From Bacteroidota bacterium (GTDB lineage: Bacteria; Bacteroidota; Bacteroidia; JABEUT01): a DNA stretch of 64,000 bases. The stretch is from NCBI GenBank assembly GCA_013288345.1, contig JABDCA010000001.1, positions 13,417 to 77,416 on the forward strand, given 5' to 3'. The translations under genes and the position numbers were made by a program. Below are positions 28,561 to 38,918 of this stretch, in pieces. Under the pieces are notes generated by a model. It worked only from the letters and a program-made list of their open reading frames with translations, ran no database searches and was not told where the DNA came from. How positions within the stretch are numbered: position 1 is the stretch's first letter; each line of letters opens with the position of its first letter.

Positions 28561-29271
28561 CTATTTGCTTTCTACTATTTGTTTTTCAGTTGCCTGGCCT
28601 CCTACTCTAAAGGTCTTTATACGCGGGTTACCATAATAGGTAAGTCCTCCACTACCTTCTAACTTAACATGCATTTCAGGATGAGCATATATTTTAAGGT
28701 CTCCATCGCTGCTGTCATCTAAGGTAAGATTATCCGTTTTCAATTCCGATGCATCAACACTACCTTCGCCTGAATCTTTAAAATTGCTTTGCTTGGCCTT
28801 GCCCTTAAGTACAAGTGCTTTACTTGAGCTTGATGTATAGTTCAATAGTTTTACATCCAGCATAATTGTTCCAGATACGTTGCCGTCAATATTCAATGTA
28901 AGTTCTCCCGGATCAATACTATTAGTAGTAGAAACTGTGCCGTTAATATTTATAGCTATTTGCTGTATATCTTTCAATCCTATATATAGGGTTGCGGTTC
29001 CTGTTGCACCATCTTTTTGATTTATAGTAAGCGCAGTGGGAGTGCTTTTTACATCGATAGATGCCATTGCATCTTTATCGGAGGCAGTTACTTTTAAGCT
29101 CGATGATTTTGCTTCGGTAAATACAACATTAAAGTTACCTTTAATCTTAAGTATGGTAAAAGCATTTATCTTTTTCTCTTCAGTAACACTATCTGCCATA
29201 TTACTGGCAATAGCTACCTGTGTAAAAGCAAAAAACACACTAAAAGCGATGAATTTTATATATATCTTCAT
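28561..29271 (-). CDS. DUF2807 / head GIN domain exported protein
   Basis: Signal peptide, beta-helix-like repeats, GSVDASEL and GSGGLTYYGNP. Confidence 0.8.
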   Translation of the reverse strand: MKIYIKFIAFSVFFAFTQVAIASNMADSVTEEKKINAFTILKIKGNFNVVFTEAKSSSLKVTASDKDAMASIDVKSTPTALTINQKDGATGTATLYIGLKDIQQIAININGTVSTTNSIDPGELTLNIDGNVSGTIMLDVKLLNYTSSSSKALVLKGKAKQSNFKDSGEGSVDASELKTDNLTLDDSSDGDLKIYAHPEMHVKLEGSGGLTYYGNPRIKTFRVGGQATEKQIVESK

Positions 29272-29374
29272 ATAAATCTTTATGTTTCAAATATATAAGA
29301 TTTAAATGGCAAAAAGTCGATAAACTTTTCAGTATTTATCTACATAAATAAGAATGGCTTTGTGTAATAGGTAT

Positions 29375-32300
29375 TTAAACCCTGATACCAATTATCAGTA
29401 CGTCGTCAACCTGTTCGAGGTTGCCCATCCATTTATCAAAGGCAAAGCTAAGATTATCACGCTGCCTCAACATATCAAGGCTTCGTCCTTCCAGTACTTT
29501 CTGTTCCAGCTGCTTGTATTTGAATTTTTTGCCCTTTTCGCCACCAAACTGATCTGCATAACCATCTGTAAATAAATATATTTCATCTCCTTTGGTAAGC
29601 TTCACATTATGTGTTGTGAATGGCCTTGGATTATCAGAATTACCTATCGGTTGCTTATCGGCAGTTATTTCTTTTATTTCGGTACCTTGTATAAACCACA
29701 ATGGATTATTGGCACCCGCCCATTGCACCTCTTTAGTTTTCGTATTAATGGTACACAACGAAATATCCATACCATCCTTTATATCTTCTTTCTCCGATTT
29801 TTCAAATGTCTCAATAACCAAATCCCTTACTTTATCCAATATTTTACCCGGATCAGTTATTCCGAACTCTTTTACTGCTCTGTTGAGCGCATTAGAACAA
29901 ACTACACTCACCATGGCGCCTGGTACACCGTGACCCGTACAGTCGCCGGCAGCAACAAATATCATATCGTTCTTTTCTGTCATCCAGTAAAAGTCACCAC
30001 TTACAATATCCTTGGGCTTGAACAGAATGAAACTATCAGGCAATACCGATTTAAAGCGCTCTCTCGTAGGCAAAATAGCTTCCTGTATACGTTTAGCATA
30101 GTTTATACTATCGGTAATATCTTTATTCTTCATTTCAATCACTTCCTTTTGCTTAACAACCTCAGCGGTTCTTTCACTAATTATATTTCTGAGGCTTCGG
30201 GTAGAAACAGTAACTACGCCATATACAAAAGCTGCAAAGAATAAAACATAGGCTATGTATGCCCAAATAGTACGATACCATGGTGACAGGATAGTAAACT
30301 CATAAATAGCTTCATGGCTTTGGTTACCAAATATATTTTTGGCTTTTACATGAAAGAAGTAATGCCCTTCTGGTAAATATGTATAGGTCGCTTTTGTCTC
30401 ATTTTTCCAAACGCTCCATTGGGCATGCTGTGCATCTGAACCCTCAAGGCGGTAGCTGTAAAGCATAGAAGACTCATCCTCGAAGTTAGGCGCAGCATAC
30501 ATAAATATGAGTGAATTGTCTATATAAGGAAGGCTTGGTTTAAACCTGTCAGGCTGGGTAATTGAAACCACACCACTGTCACCAGAATAAGCACCGTAAA
30601 ATATGGCAGAATCCTTACCCCTACTAATAACAACTTTATGTATCAATGCATAATAATCCTGGGTGTAATCTTTTTTTATACTATTGTCATACCGCGTAAT
30701 TCCATCAGGGCAGCCCATCCATGTTATACCATCTTTCTCATTATAAATACAATAAATGATATTCTTCGACATGCCCATAAAAGGCATGGTTACCCACTGC
30801 TTATCAGCCTTCCCTGGGTTATTTACATAACCCACGTGCAAGGCTCCGTCTTTCAAGCTAATAGCTACTACCCATATTGATCCATCCGGTCCAACATCAA
30901 TCCTAGGTATGTTCATAGTGCTATCTGCAAGTTGTGCACCTAATGAGCTATCGCGCGAAAATTTACCATTACCATTATACTTAAATAAGCCTTTAGGTGT
31001 TGCAAAATAAATATGGCCATTAATATTTCTAGCATATATATTGCTTTCTACAGGTAGTCCTGATGCTTTTTTTTCAAATACAGTTTGTGAGGACCCATCA
31101 ATTTTCTTATCCTTATATACAGGCTTAATCATAATCACACCATTTTTATTATGCCCGCACCAAATAGTGCCATTTTTTTCTTCTGTAATAGCTTGGATAT
31201 TTACACCTGTTATTTCTCCAAGATTTGCGCTTCCCTCATCATTCCATTTTCCATTATCCCAATACATAGAACTGATGGCATATTTTGAAATTCCGCCTCC
31301 AAGCGTCCATCCAATAAAAATTCGGTTTGAATCTATAATTGATCGGTGTAATGTATATGCATTTCCTTTTATAACCAATGTATTCTTATCTCCATCTATC
31401 TGGTATATACCGTCATTACTTGCGACTAAAAGAACAGATTTACTGCCAGTATTAACAGATAACAAATCCCAGCATTCTGTAGCAAGTCCATCAATTTTAT
31501 TGAAATGGGGTTGCTCAATTGCCCCGCCTACAAGTAAATTTTGGTTTGATAAATAAAATATGCCTGTTAATGTAGCGGCATATAGCTTACCGTCGTTTCT
31601 CGCAATGGCTTGTACCAAACCTTCTAATCCATTCTGATCATTAAACGATGTTATGGGAGAGTTAATGTCAACTTTCGAGATTCCATTTTGAGTAGCTAGC
31701 CATAATTTTTGTTGCGAATCCAAATATTGATAGTTTATCGATTCATCCTGTAAGCCATTCTTTTTATTTATAGCACCTACTAAGTGCCCTGAAGAATCGA
31801 CAACAACAATACCACCATCTCGCGTTCCAATAGAATAATCTTTACTGTTTAGCCTTATTCCATTATATATCCTGTTTAGGTTGAAAAACTGATCAATATC
31901 TGTATGGAATGGATTAATTTTTGTTAACTGTGTAGCATCTTGCACATGGGCTGAAAAGTCCGCCGGTACCATGGAAAACAGACCACGTCCCTCCATATTC
32001 ATCAATATTTCATTTTTACGGAAAGGCTGCATAAAATAAACCTTAGTATCCGCAAAAAAATCACCGCCCTGTATAAAATTTAAATTATTGTTAACCATTT
32101 TCATCATGCCCACTTCTCTTTCGCGCACATATAAATTATCATTCAAATGAAACATCAAATGAAAAGTAGCACCCGGCTTAGTTGCAGGCTCGCGGGTTAT
32201 CATTTTTTTTCCATCCCATATAAAAATTTTATTTGATGCCTGGAAATAAACTTTATTATCAGATGCAGCATAGCATGTCCATACATCAGCAAAGTCGCGA

Positions 32301-32752
32301 TTTCTTTTATTCTTAATTGAATCTACTAACGAACGGTATCTCATCCTACCTGTAGCATCTGGCGACAGGTAACCTATCTCGCCAATTCCACCTACATATA
32401 TTACACCTTTCTTATCAACGGTTAATGACCTTACTGTAACCTCATTAGGTGTTTGTATAGTATCCCAGTTATGTCCGTCATACTCCAGTATATCACTGTT
32501 ATTTCCAAAAAACAAAACTCCCCGTGAATCCTGAACTATAGCAAAGTTTTGTGGTGACAGGTTATATTCTTTGGCAGTGTAATTACGAATATTAAACAAG
32601 CCGGTTTCACTTGAGCTTTGCGCAAATGAGTTACTTGTTGTAATAAAGGTAAAAAAAACTACAATGAGATTAAAAACACACTTCTGTGCAGTCTTACTTA
32701 AATATTTTCTACGGTTTACGCTATTCATTCCCTTAAAAAGAGGCAAAAACAT
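29375..32752 (-). CDS. Periplasmic beta-propeller / Y_Y_Y sensor fused to a SpoIIE (PP2C) phosphatase
   Basis: QNFAIVQDSRGVLFFGN propeller repeats, YSYRLEG...YTYLPEGHYFFHVKA, a TM segment, PKDIVSGDFYW, DCTGHGVPGA, DGMD, TDGYADQFGG and DDVLIIG. Confidence 0.92.
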   Translation of the reverse strand: MFLPLFKGMNSVNRRKYLSKTAQKCVFNLIVVFFTFITTSNSFAQSSSETGLFNIRNYTAKEYNLSPQNFAIVQDSRGVLFFGNNSDILEYDGHNWDTIQTPNEVTVRSLTVDKKGVIYVGGIGEIGYLSPDATGRMRYRSLVDSIKNKRNRDFADVWTCYAASDNKVYFQASNKIFIWDGKKMITREPATKPGATFHLMFHLNDNLYVREREVGMMKMVNNNLNFIQGGDFFADTKVYFMQPFRKNEILMNMEGRGLFSMVPADFSAHVQDATQLTKINPFHTDIDQFFNLNRIYNGIRLNSKDYSIGTRDGGIVVVDSSGHLVGAINKKNGLQDESINYQYLDSQQKLWLATQNGISKVDINSPITSFNDQNGLEGLVQAIARNDGKLYAATLTGIFYLSNQNLLVGGAIEQPHFNKIDGLATECWDLLSVNTGSKSVLLVASNDGIYQIDGDKNTLVIKGNAYTLHRSIIDSNRIFIGWTLGGGISKYAISSMYWDNGKWNDEGSANLGEITGVNIQAITEEKNGTIWCGHNKNGVIMIKPVYKDKKIDGSSQTVFEKKASGLPVESNIYARNINGHIYFATPKGLFKYNGNGKFSRDSSLGAQLADSTMNIPRIDVGPDGSIWVVAISLKDGALHVGYVNNPGKADKQWVTMPFMGMSKNIIYCIYNEKDGITWMGCPDGITRYDNSIKKDYTQDYYALIHKVVISRGKDSAIFYGAYSGDSGVVSITQPDRFKPSLPYIDNSLIFMYAAPNFEDESSMLYSYRLEGSDAQHAQWSVWKNETKATYTYLPEGHYFFHVKAKNIFGNQSHEAIYEFTILSPWYRTIWAYIAYVLFFAAFVYGVVTVSTRSLRNIISERTAEVVKQKEVIEMKNKDITDSINYAKRIQEAILPTRERFKSVLPDSFILFKPKDIVSGDFYWMTEKNDMIFVAAGDCTGHGVPGAMVSVVCSNALNRAVKEFGITDPGKILDKVRDLVIETFEKSEKEDIKDGMDISLCTINTKTKEVQWAGANNPLWFIQGTEIKEITADKQPIGNSDNPRPFTTHNVKLTKGDEIYLFTDGYADQFGGEKGKKFKYKQLEQKVLEGRSLDMLRQRDNLSFAFDKWMGNLEQVDDVLIIGIRV

Positions 32753-32825
32753 AAAATTATACTACCAAAGATAGAAAAACTTATTTACCCTGCGAATAAG
32801 GTCGAAAATTGAGCGGTATAAAAAC

Positions 32826-32864
32826 AAAAGACCGCCTTGGGAATACCCCAAAAGGCGGTCTTTT
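32826..32864 (-). terminator. Intrinsic terminator
   Basis: AAAAGACCGCCTT ... AAGGCGGTCTTTT inverted repeat just after the stop at 32881. Confidence 0.85.
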
Positions 32865-32880
32865 AGATGGGTCCATATTT

Positions 32881-35800
32881 TTACTGAAGCACTACTTTTT
32901 TGTAGGTATTTCCGTTATCTCCGGATACCTGTAATATATATACTCCTTTACTTAAGCCAGACAAGTCAATTTCTTTGCTAATGTGGCCGCTAATTTTACC
33001 ATAGTTAGTGGTAGCCATCATCTGTCCAATAGCATTATAAACCTTCATGGTGATATTCTGTTTATTTGCAATATCAAGTGTAAAGTTTACTATACCACGG
33101 CTTGGGTTAGGATACACAATCAATGAATTCAAATCGCCATTTAATACAGCTATTCCGGAAACAGTAATATTGCCCGTATTTGATTTAGATGCATTGTAAT
33201 TGATTGATTCAATAGATGGAGTACAGCCGCCTGGGTTACTTATACCCATGTGATAGAAATAAGGTTTTGAACTTGCTGGTGGCTTATTGCTATATGTATA
33301 AATACCATTATTAAGCGCATAACCTACACTGTCATTGGCAACACCGGCTACAGTATCACGGTAAACTATATAATAATTAAATGGCAGACCCTGATAATTA
33401 TCCCATATAAGGTTAAATGTAGAACCATTCTGACTAATTGTTAAGTGCATGGTTTTATGTGGCGAACTCAGTGGAGATTCAAACCCACACGAATCGACCT
33501 GCGATATTTCGTATCTCCAGCTCTGAACGTCAGGATCAGAGAGGCTATCTACATACGTACCACCATTTTTAACCGGAACACTTCCTATTTTATTAAACAA
33601 CCCTGGTACTGTTGTTTCCTTATATACATTATAGCTAGCAATTGACTTTGCTAAAGACTTATCCCAAACCACATAATTATGATTTGATTTAGGGTCGACA
33701 GTCACCATACAAATAGGCAATTGAGGAGGTGCTTTTTCCTGAACTTTAGCTGTAGCAGTTCCAATGCAACCTACCTGATCTGTAACTATTACGTTATACG
33801 TTCCGGTAGGAACATTGGCAAGATTCTGGTTTGTGCTATTATTAATATCAGACCACACATAACTATCAGTCCCTGTACCACCCGTAACTGTCAATATTAC
33901 ACTACCACTACCCTTATTGCCTGAAGCGCAGGCAGAAGCTATTGTACTATCAACTGTAACAACTGGTCCATTTAAGCTACTTACCGCCGCTTGTGCTGAA
34001 TCCATACAACCATTCGAGTCGGCAACTGTTACAGTATATGTACCTGCAATTAAGCCAAAGGCTGAAGTAGTAGAAGCGCCAGAACTCCAGTTATAGGTAT
34101 ACGGAGATGTACCACCACTTACAACTACACTTGCACTACCCGTAGGTGACGAACAAGCGGATGTTGTGGTTGAAACAGTAAGCGCAACCGGAGCAGAAGG
34201 TTGAGTAACTGTGAAGGTTTTTATTCCCGAGCAACCAGTATTATCAGTTACTGTAACATAATAAGGGCCTGATGAAAGGTTGCTAATGGTTGAAGTGGTT
34301 GCGCCATTAGACCATGCATACGAGTATGGGCTTACACCACCATTAATAGTCGTACTTATAGATCCATTTGCAAGTCCATAGCATGTAACTTCATTAATAA
34401 CATTACTCTTAATTACCGGACCATCTGAGTTTGTTATAGCAATAGATATAAATGTTGAACAACCGTTTTTATCGGTTACCGTAACAATGTAATTACCCGA
34501 ATGCAAACTATCAGCAGTTGATAAGGTATCGCCATTGTTCCAGCCAAATCTATATGGAGCCGTACCACCAGTTACTGAAACAGTAGCAGAACCAATATGC
34601 TGGCCACACTTACTTGGGGTAGTAGAGGCAACTGACATTACAGGTGACGTAGAGGCTGCAACTGTAACTGTAGCTGTATTTGAGCAATTATACTTATCGT
34701 ATGCTGTAACAGTATATGTACCTGGCGAAAGATTTGTTATAGATGTGCCAGTTTGAACAGGAACAGTGCTCCATGCATAGGTGTATGTTGTACCAGTACC
34801 ACCGGTAACTGAGGTAACTGATGCTTGGCCATTATCTTGTCCGCAGGTTGTATTAACCACGCTTGTCTTAATTTTAATTTGGCTTGGCTGGCCTACAACT
34901 ACCGTATTGGTAGCAGGGCACCCTATAGAGTCCATTACAGTAATGGTATATACACCGGCTGTTAATCCGGTAGCTGTAGCTGTTGTTTGAACAGGCACAG
35001 TACTCCATGAATAGGTATATGTCTTCCCTGCACCACCCGATGCAAATGCCGTTGCTGTCCCGTCATTACCACCGAAACAAGAATCCTTTGTTGAACTTGC
35101 ATTCACTATATCCGAACAATTTTGCACTTTAAAAGCCCCGCCCTGGTATAAGCTCCAGTGCCCTGTGCTATCTTCTACGCGTATAAATGCTGCATGCGAG
35201 CCAATAGAAAGCGCAGAAGTATTAAGGCTTTGCGTAAGACTAATTGAATCGGCAGCTACTATACCTGTTATTGCAAATCCTTTACCTTGTCCGGGATCCT
35301 TATCAAAAAAGTATTCACCGGCTACAATTCTTGCTGTTGCTGCAGGAGCAGAAATAGCAGGAGCAACTAAGAAATTACGGCCTTCATATAAACTCCACTG
35401 TCCCGCTGCATTTTCAGCACGCACAAAAACTTTATGGAATCCAACGGTCAAACTTCCTATAGAATAAGCATTATTCATTGTAATTGAATCGGCAGCAGCT
35501 CCTGTTGCTATGGCTATCCCTTTACCTTGTCCGGGATCCTTATCAAAGAAATATTCGGCTGCGACTATTTGAGTTACTGGTGGTATCGTTACCAAAGGCT
35601 GTATATAAAAACTACGGCCTTCATATAAACTCCATTGGCCCGCTGCATTCTCTGAGCGAATGAACATTTTATGGTATCCTGCAGGTAAACTGGAAATTGA
35701 AATAGCTTGGTTTATAATAATACTATCTGCTGCTGCACCTGTGGTTATTGCAGTTCCTTTACCTTGCCCAGGATCAACATCAAAGAAATATTCGGCTGCT

Positions 35801-37557
35801 ACTATTTGAGTTACCGGAGGTATCACTACTAATGGCTGTATGTAAAAACTACGGCCTTCATATAAACTCCATTGGCCCGCTGCATTCTCCGAACGAATGA
35901 ACATTTTATGGTATCCTGCAGGTAAACTGGAAATCGAAACAGCTTGGTTTATAATAATACTATCTGCTGCTGCACCTGTAGTAATAGCAGTTCCTTTACC
36001 TTGGCCGGGATCCTTATCGAAGAAATATTCGGCCGCTACTATTTGAGTTACTGGAGGTATCGTTACCAATGGCTGTATATAAAAACTACGGCCTTCATAT
36101 AAACTCCATTGACCTGCAGCATTCTCTGAGCGAATATACATCTTATGGTATCCTGCAGGTAAACTGGAAATCGAAATAGCTTGGTTTATAATAATGCTAT
36201 CTGCTGCTGCACCTGTGGTTATTGCAGTTCCTTTACCTTGGCCAGGATCTTTATCAAAAAAATACTCGGCGCTAACAATTTGAGCTGCAGGAGAAACACT
36301 TGAAGCAGGCTGAACATAAAACTGTCCTGCAGAATATAAACTCCAATGCCCAACTGAATCTTTTACTCGAACACCAATAACGTGAAATGTTGATGTAAGT
36401 GCAGTAATTGAGATACTTTGATTAACAGTAACTGAATCTCCTCCGGTAAAGGTTATAGGAGTTCCACTGCCAACACCCGGGTCATTATCAAAAAAGTATT
36501 CTGCACTAAGTACTCCATGAGCCATTATGCCCTGCCCTTTAAAATTAACACTTATACTACCTCCGGTTGCTACAACAGCCGAAACAGTCAATAATGTTAT
36601 TTGTGGTATAGCCACATAACCTGTTAAATTAGGCATTGGGTAATTTCCTCCATAAACTCCAATATCGCTACCATCTGTAGCTGCATGGTGTGCAGGCGAA
36701 GCTGGTGTAAATGTCCAATTATAATTCCAAACTGCGTTTAAACTTACTGTAGCTGCAGGAATGGTAGCATCAGTCCAACCCGGTGGCGTTGCAAAAATAT
36801 TGGCTGTACCACCCGAGTTACCGCCATAGGTATTCAAGTTAAGAGCAGAACTTGCAGAAGTAATGTTATTATTAAACACACAAGTAGTACCATTCTCCGG
36901 ATTAGAATAATAGAAAACATTATTACTAATAGTAGCATTAGATATAGCTGTGTACAAAGCATTTCCACTGTATGTAGCAAAAACGTTGTGATCAACAACT
37001 ACTGTAAGCTGGTTGGAGGTTTCTATATCTTCCAGAAAATTGTTCTGTATATAGCAATTGGTGTTGTTCTGTATATAAACATTGTTAATGTCATTATTCC
37101 TGATCGTCCAGGCAGTACCATATACGTATAAGCCCGAAGTCACATAACATCTTTCAACATCTACACTATCAACAACTACGGCTGCGCCACTTTGCTGAAT
37201 ACTATTATTTACAAATAGGCCCTGAATTTTTGTTCCTTTTACAACACCATTCAGATATACATAATCTACAATTGTGTTATAATTATACTGTAAGCCTTTT
37301 ACAGCATATCCAGCACCTATTAAAGTAATGTGCGATTTAGATATGGTAACAGATCCGTAGTCGGTCGGGGAGCCCATCACATAAACCGTATCGCCTGCAC
37401 TGGCTGAATTTACAGCCGTTTGCAAGTTAGCATACATCCCTACACTAATAGGGTTATTGCTTACAGTTATAATATGTGCGCTCAGAGTATCCGGCCTAAA
37501 GAAGCAAAAGGCAAGTATTCCGATTATTATTTTTTTCATTTGGTGAATTTTAAGCAT
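32881..37557 (-). CDS. T9SS type A cargo protein: beta-helix domain, six EYFFDxDPG repeats, SprB repeats, CTD
   Basis: Signal peptide; repeat units; GGTxPYxYxWS...L..G.Y.VTV.D..GC SprB repeats; CTD VYPNPSRG...DLSGLSKGVYILQV...KKVVLQ. Confidence 0.9.
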   Translation of the reverse strand: MLKIHQMKKIIIGILAFCFFRPDTLSAHIITVSNNPISVGMYANLQTAVNSASAGDTVYVMGSPTDYGSVTISKSHITLIGAGYAVKGLQYNYNTIVDYVYLNGVVKGTKIQGLFVNNSIQQSGAAVVVDSVDVERCYVTSGLYVYGTAWTIRNNDINNVYIQNNTNCYIQNNFLEDIETSNQLTVVVDHNVFATYSGNALYTAISNATISNNVFYYSNPENGTTCVFNNNITSASSALNLNTYGGNSGGTANIFATPPGWTDATIPAATVSLNAVWNYNWTFTPASPAHHAATDGSDIGVYGGNYPMPNLTGYVAIPQITLLTVSAVVATGGSISVNFKGQGIMAHGVLSAEYFFDNDPGVGSGTPITFTGGDSVTVNQSISITALTSTFHVIGVRVKDSVGHWSLYSAGQFYVQPASSVSPAAQIVSAEYFFDKDPGQGKGTAITTGAAADSIIINQAISISSLPAGYHKMYIRSENAAGQWSLYEGRSFYIQPLVTIPPVTQIVAAEYFFDKDPGQGKGTAITTGAAADSIIINQAVSISSLPAGYHKMFIRSENAAGQWSLYEGRSFYIQPLVVIPPVTQIVAAEYFFDVDPGQGKGTAITTGAAADSIIINQAISISSLPAGYHKMFIRSENAAGQWSLYEGRSFYIQPLVTIPPVTQIVAAEYFFDKDPGQGKGIAIATGAAADSITMNNAYSIGSLTVGFHKVFVRAENAAGQWSLYEGRNFLVAPAISAPAATARIVAGEYFFDKDPGQGKGFAITGIVAADSISLTQSLNTSALSIGSHAAFIRVEDSTGHWSLYQGGAFKVQNCSDIVNASSTKDSCFGGNDGTATAFASGGAGKTYTYSWSTVPVQTTATATGLTAGVYTITVMDSIGCPATNTVVVGQPSQIKIKTSVVNTTCGQDNGQASVTSVTGGTGTTYTYAWSTVPVQTGTSITNLSPGTYTVTAYDKYNCSNTATVTVAASTSPVMSVASTTPSKCGQHIGSATVSVTGGTAPYRFGWNNGDTLSTADSLHSGNYIVTVTDKNGCSTFISIAITNSDGPVIKSNVINEVTCYGLANGSISTTINGGVSPYSYAWSNGATTSTISNLSSGPYYVTVTDNTGCSGIKTFTVTQPSAPVALTVSTTTSACSSPTGSASVVVSGGTSPYTYNWSSGASTTSAFGLIAGTYTVTVADSNGCMDSAQAAVSSLNGPVVTVDSTIASACASGNKGSGSVILTVTGGTGTDSYVWSDINNSTNQNLANVPTGTYNVIVTDQVGCIGTATAKVQEKAPPQLPICMVTVDPKSNHNYVVWDKSLAKSIASYNVYKETTVPGLFNKIGSVPVKNGGTYVDSLSDPDVQSWRYEISQVDSCGFESPLSSPHKTMHLTISQNGSTFNLIWDNYQGLPFNYYIVYRDTVAGVANDSVGYALNNGIYTYSNKPPASSKPYFYHMGISNPGGCTPSIESINYNASKSNTGNITVSGIAVLNGDLNSLIVYPNPSRGIVNFTLDIANKQNITMKVYNAIGQMMATTNYGKISGHISKEIDLSGLSKGVYILQVSGDNGNTYKKVVLQ
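35110..36520 (-). repeat. Six tandem repeats of about 79 aa (234-240 bp) carrying EYFFDxDPG
   Basis: EYFFD blocks near 36487, 36253, 36016, 35779, 35542 and 35302; the central units are near-identical in DNA. Confidence 0.9.
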
Positions 37558-37649
37558 TTAATCAAAGAATGATTTTTAGCAAAATCTGCCCATTTTATGG
37601 GCTTTTCAGCTTTGTTTCCTATTTCATAAGAAACTAGGCTAAACGCTCT

Positions 37650-38681
37650 TTAATTCTGAATCTTTGCTTTAAAATTCACATTTAAGTTTCCACCTGCTGG
37701 TGCAACACCACTAATATTCATCAAAATCATTTGTGGTATGCGTGTTGCGCCGGTTAAATTTGGCATTGGGTAACTTCCACCATAAGCACCTATATCAGAA
37801 CCATCTGTAGCAGCATTATGAGCAAGTGAACTAGGTTTAAATGTCCATTTGTAATTCCAAATTGAGGTTGCACCAACCGTACTACCCGGAATAGTTGCAT
37901 CTGTCCAACCCGGAGGAGTTGAGAAAATATTGCCTGAACCTGTATTACCTGCATATGCATTTAAATTTATAGCAGCACTTGCTGAAGTAATGTTGTTACT
38001 GAATGTACAATTGGTTTCATTTGTTCCACCAGTAGGGTTACTGTAATAAAAAACATTATTTGTAAAAAGGGCGTTAGAAACCTGATAGCAAATACTACCA
38101 TTTTGAATAACAAAGTTGTTATGGTCAAAAATTACAGTTGTTTGATTTGAATACTGTATTTGCCCAATAAAATTATTTTGTACGTAAATATATCCATTGC
38201 TTTGTACTTGAATTCCTGAGTTAATTATACAATTTCTAACAGTCCAGTTATGTCCATTAACATATATCCAAGAACTTACATAACATCTTTCAATATCAAT
38301 GTTATTTATGTTTCCTGTTCCGGAATAGTCAAGGTTACTTGTAACATCCATACCAAGTACTTTTGTTCCACTTACCGGGTTACCAAAAGAAACAGAATCA
38401 ATGTAAATATTATCGACAATCGAAGCATAATTATATTGAGTTCCTGTTACTGCATAACCAGCACCCATTAAGGTTACCATTGTCCTTAGTGTTACGTTTC
38501 CGTAGTCGGTAGGAGAACCCATTACATAAATGGTGTCGCCAATATTTGCTGAATCGGCTGCTGTTTGTATGGCAGTAAAATGCCCGGCGGTAATAGCATT
38601 ATTGCTCACAGTAATAACGTGAGCGCTAAGCTTGCCAATTGTGAATAAAACAAAAGAAAAGATAAATAGTTTAGTTTTCAT
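37650..38681 (-). CDS. Secreted parallel beta-helix protein, paralog of the N-terminal domain of 32881-37557
   Basis: Shares AHxITVSNN, GDTxYVMGSPTDYG, PPGWTDATIP, ATDGSDIGxYGG and YPMPNLTG. Confidence 0.85.
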   Translation of the reverse strand: MKTKLFIFSFVLFTIGKLSAHVITVSNNAITAGHFTAIQTAADSANIGDTIYVMGSPTDYGNVTLRTMVTLMGAGYAVTGTQYNYASIVDNIYIDSVSFGNPVSGTKVLGMDVTSNLDYSGTGNINNIDIERCYVSSWIYVNGHNWTVRNCIINSGIQVQSNGYIYVQNNFIGQIQYSNQTTVIFDHNNFVIQNGSICYQVSNALFTNNVFYYSNPTGGTNETNCTFSNNITSASAAINLNAYAGNTGSGNIFSTPPGWTDATIPGSTVGATSIWNYKWTFKPSSLAHNAATDGSDIGAYGGSYPMPNLTGATRIPQMILMNISGVAPAGGNLNVNFKAKIQN

Positions 38682-38918
38682 TTGGTTGAGATTTAAAATT
38701 TAAGGTTTGTTTATTTTACGGTTTACTAATTTGCTATTTTCCGGCAAAGATATACCAATTACTCACAAAACCAAGACAAAATGCTGTTAATTTCAGATTA
38801 AATAACATCATTATGTGATGGTCCAGAAAATGAGAATATTAGCCAGTACTTAGTAGATGTAAAATGAACTGTTTTAGTTGCTTAGGGTATAAAAAATAAC
38901 TGTACCCATATGCTTTTA

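Noticed and set aside
32881-37557. 237-bp near-identical repeats as a CRISPR array or non-coding repeat
   Set aside because: They are in-frame protein-domain repeats without unique spacers; no cas genes are in the window.
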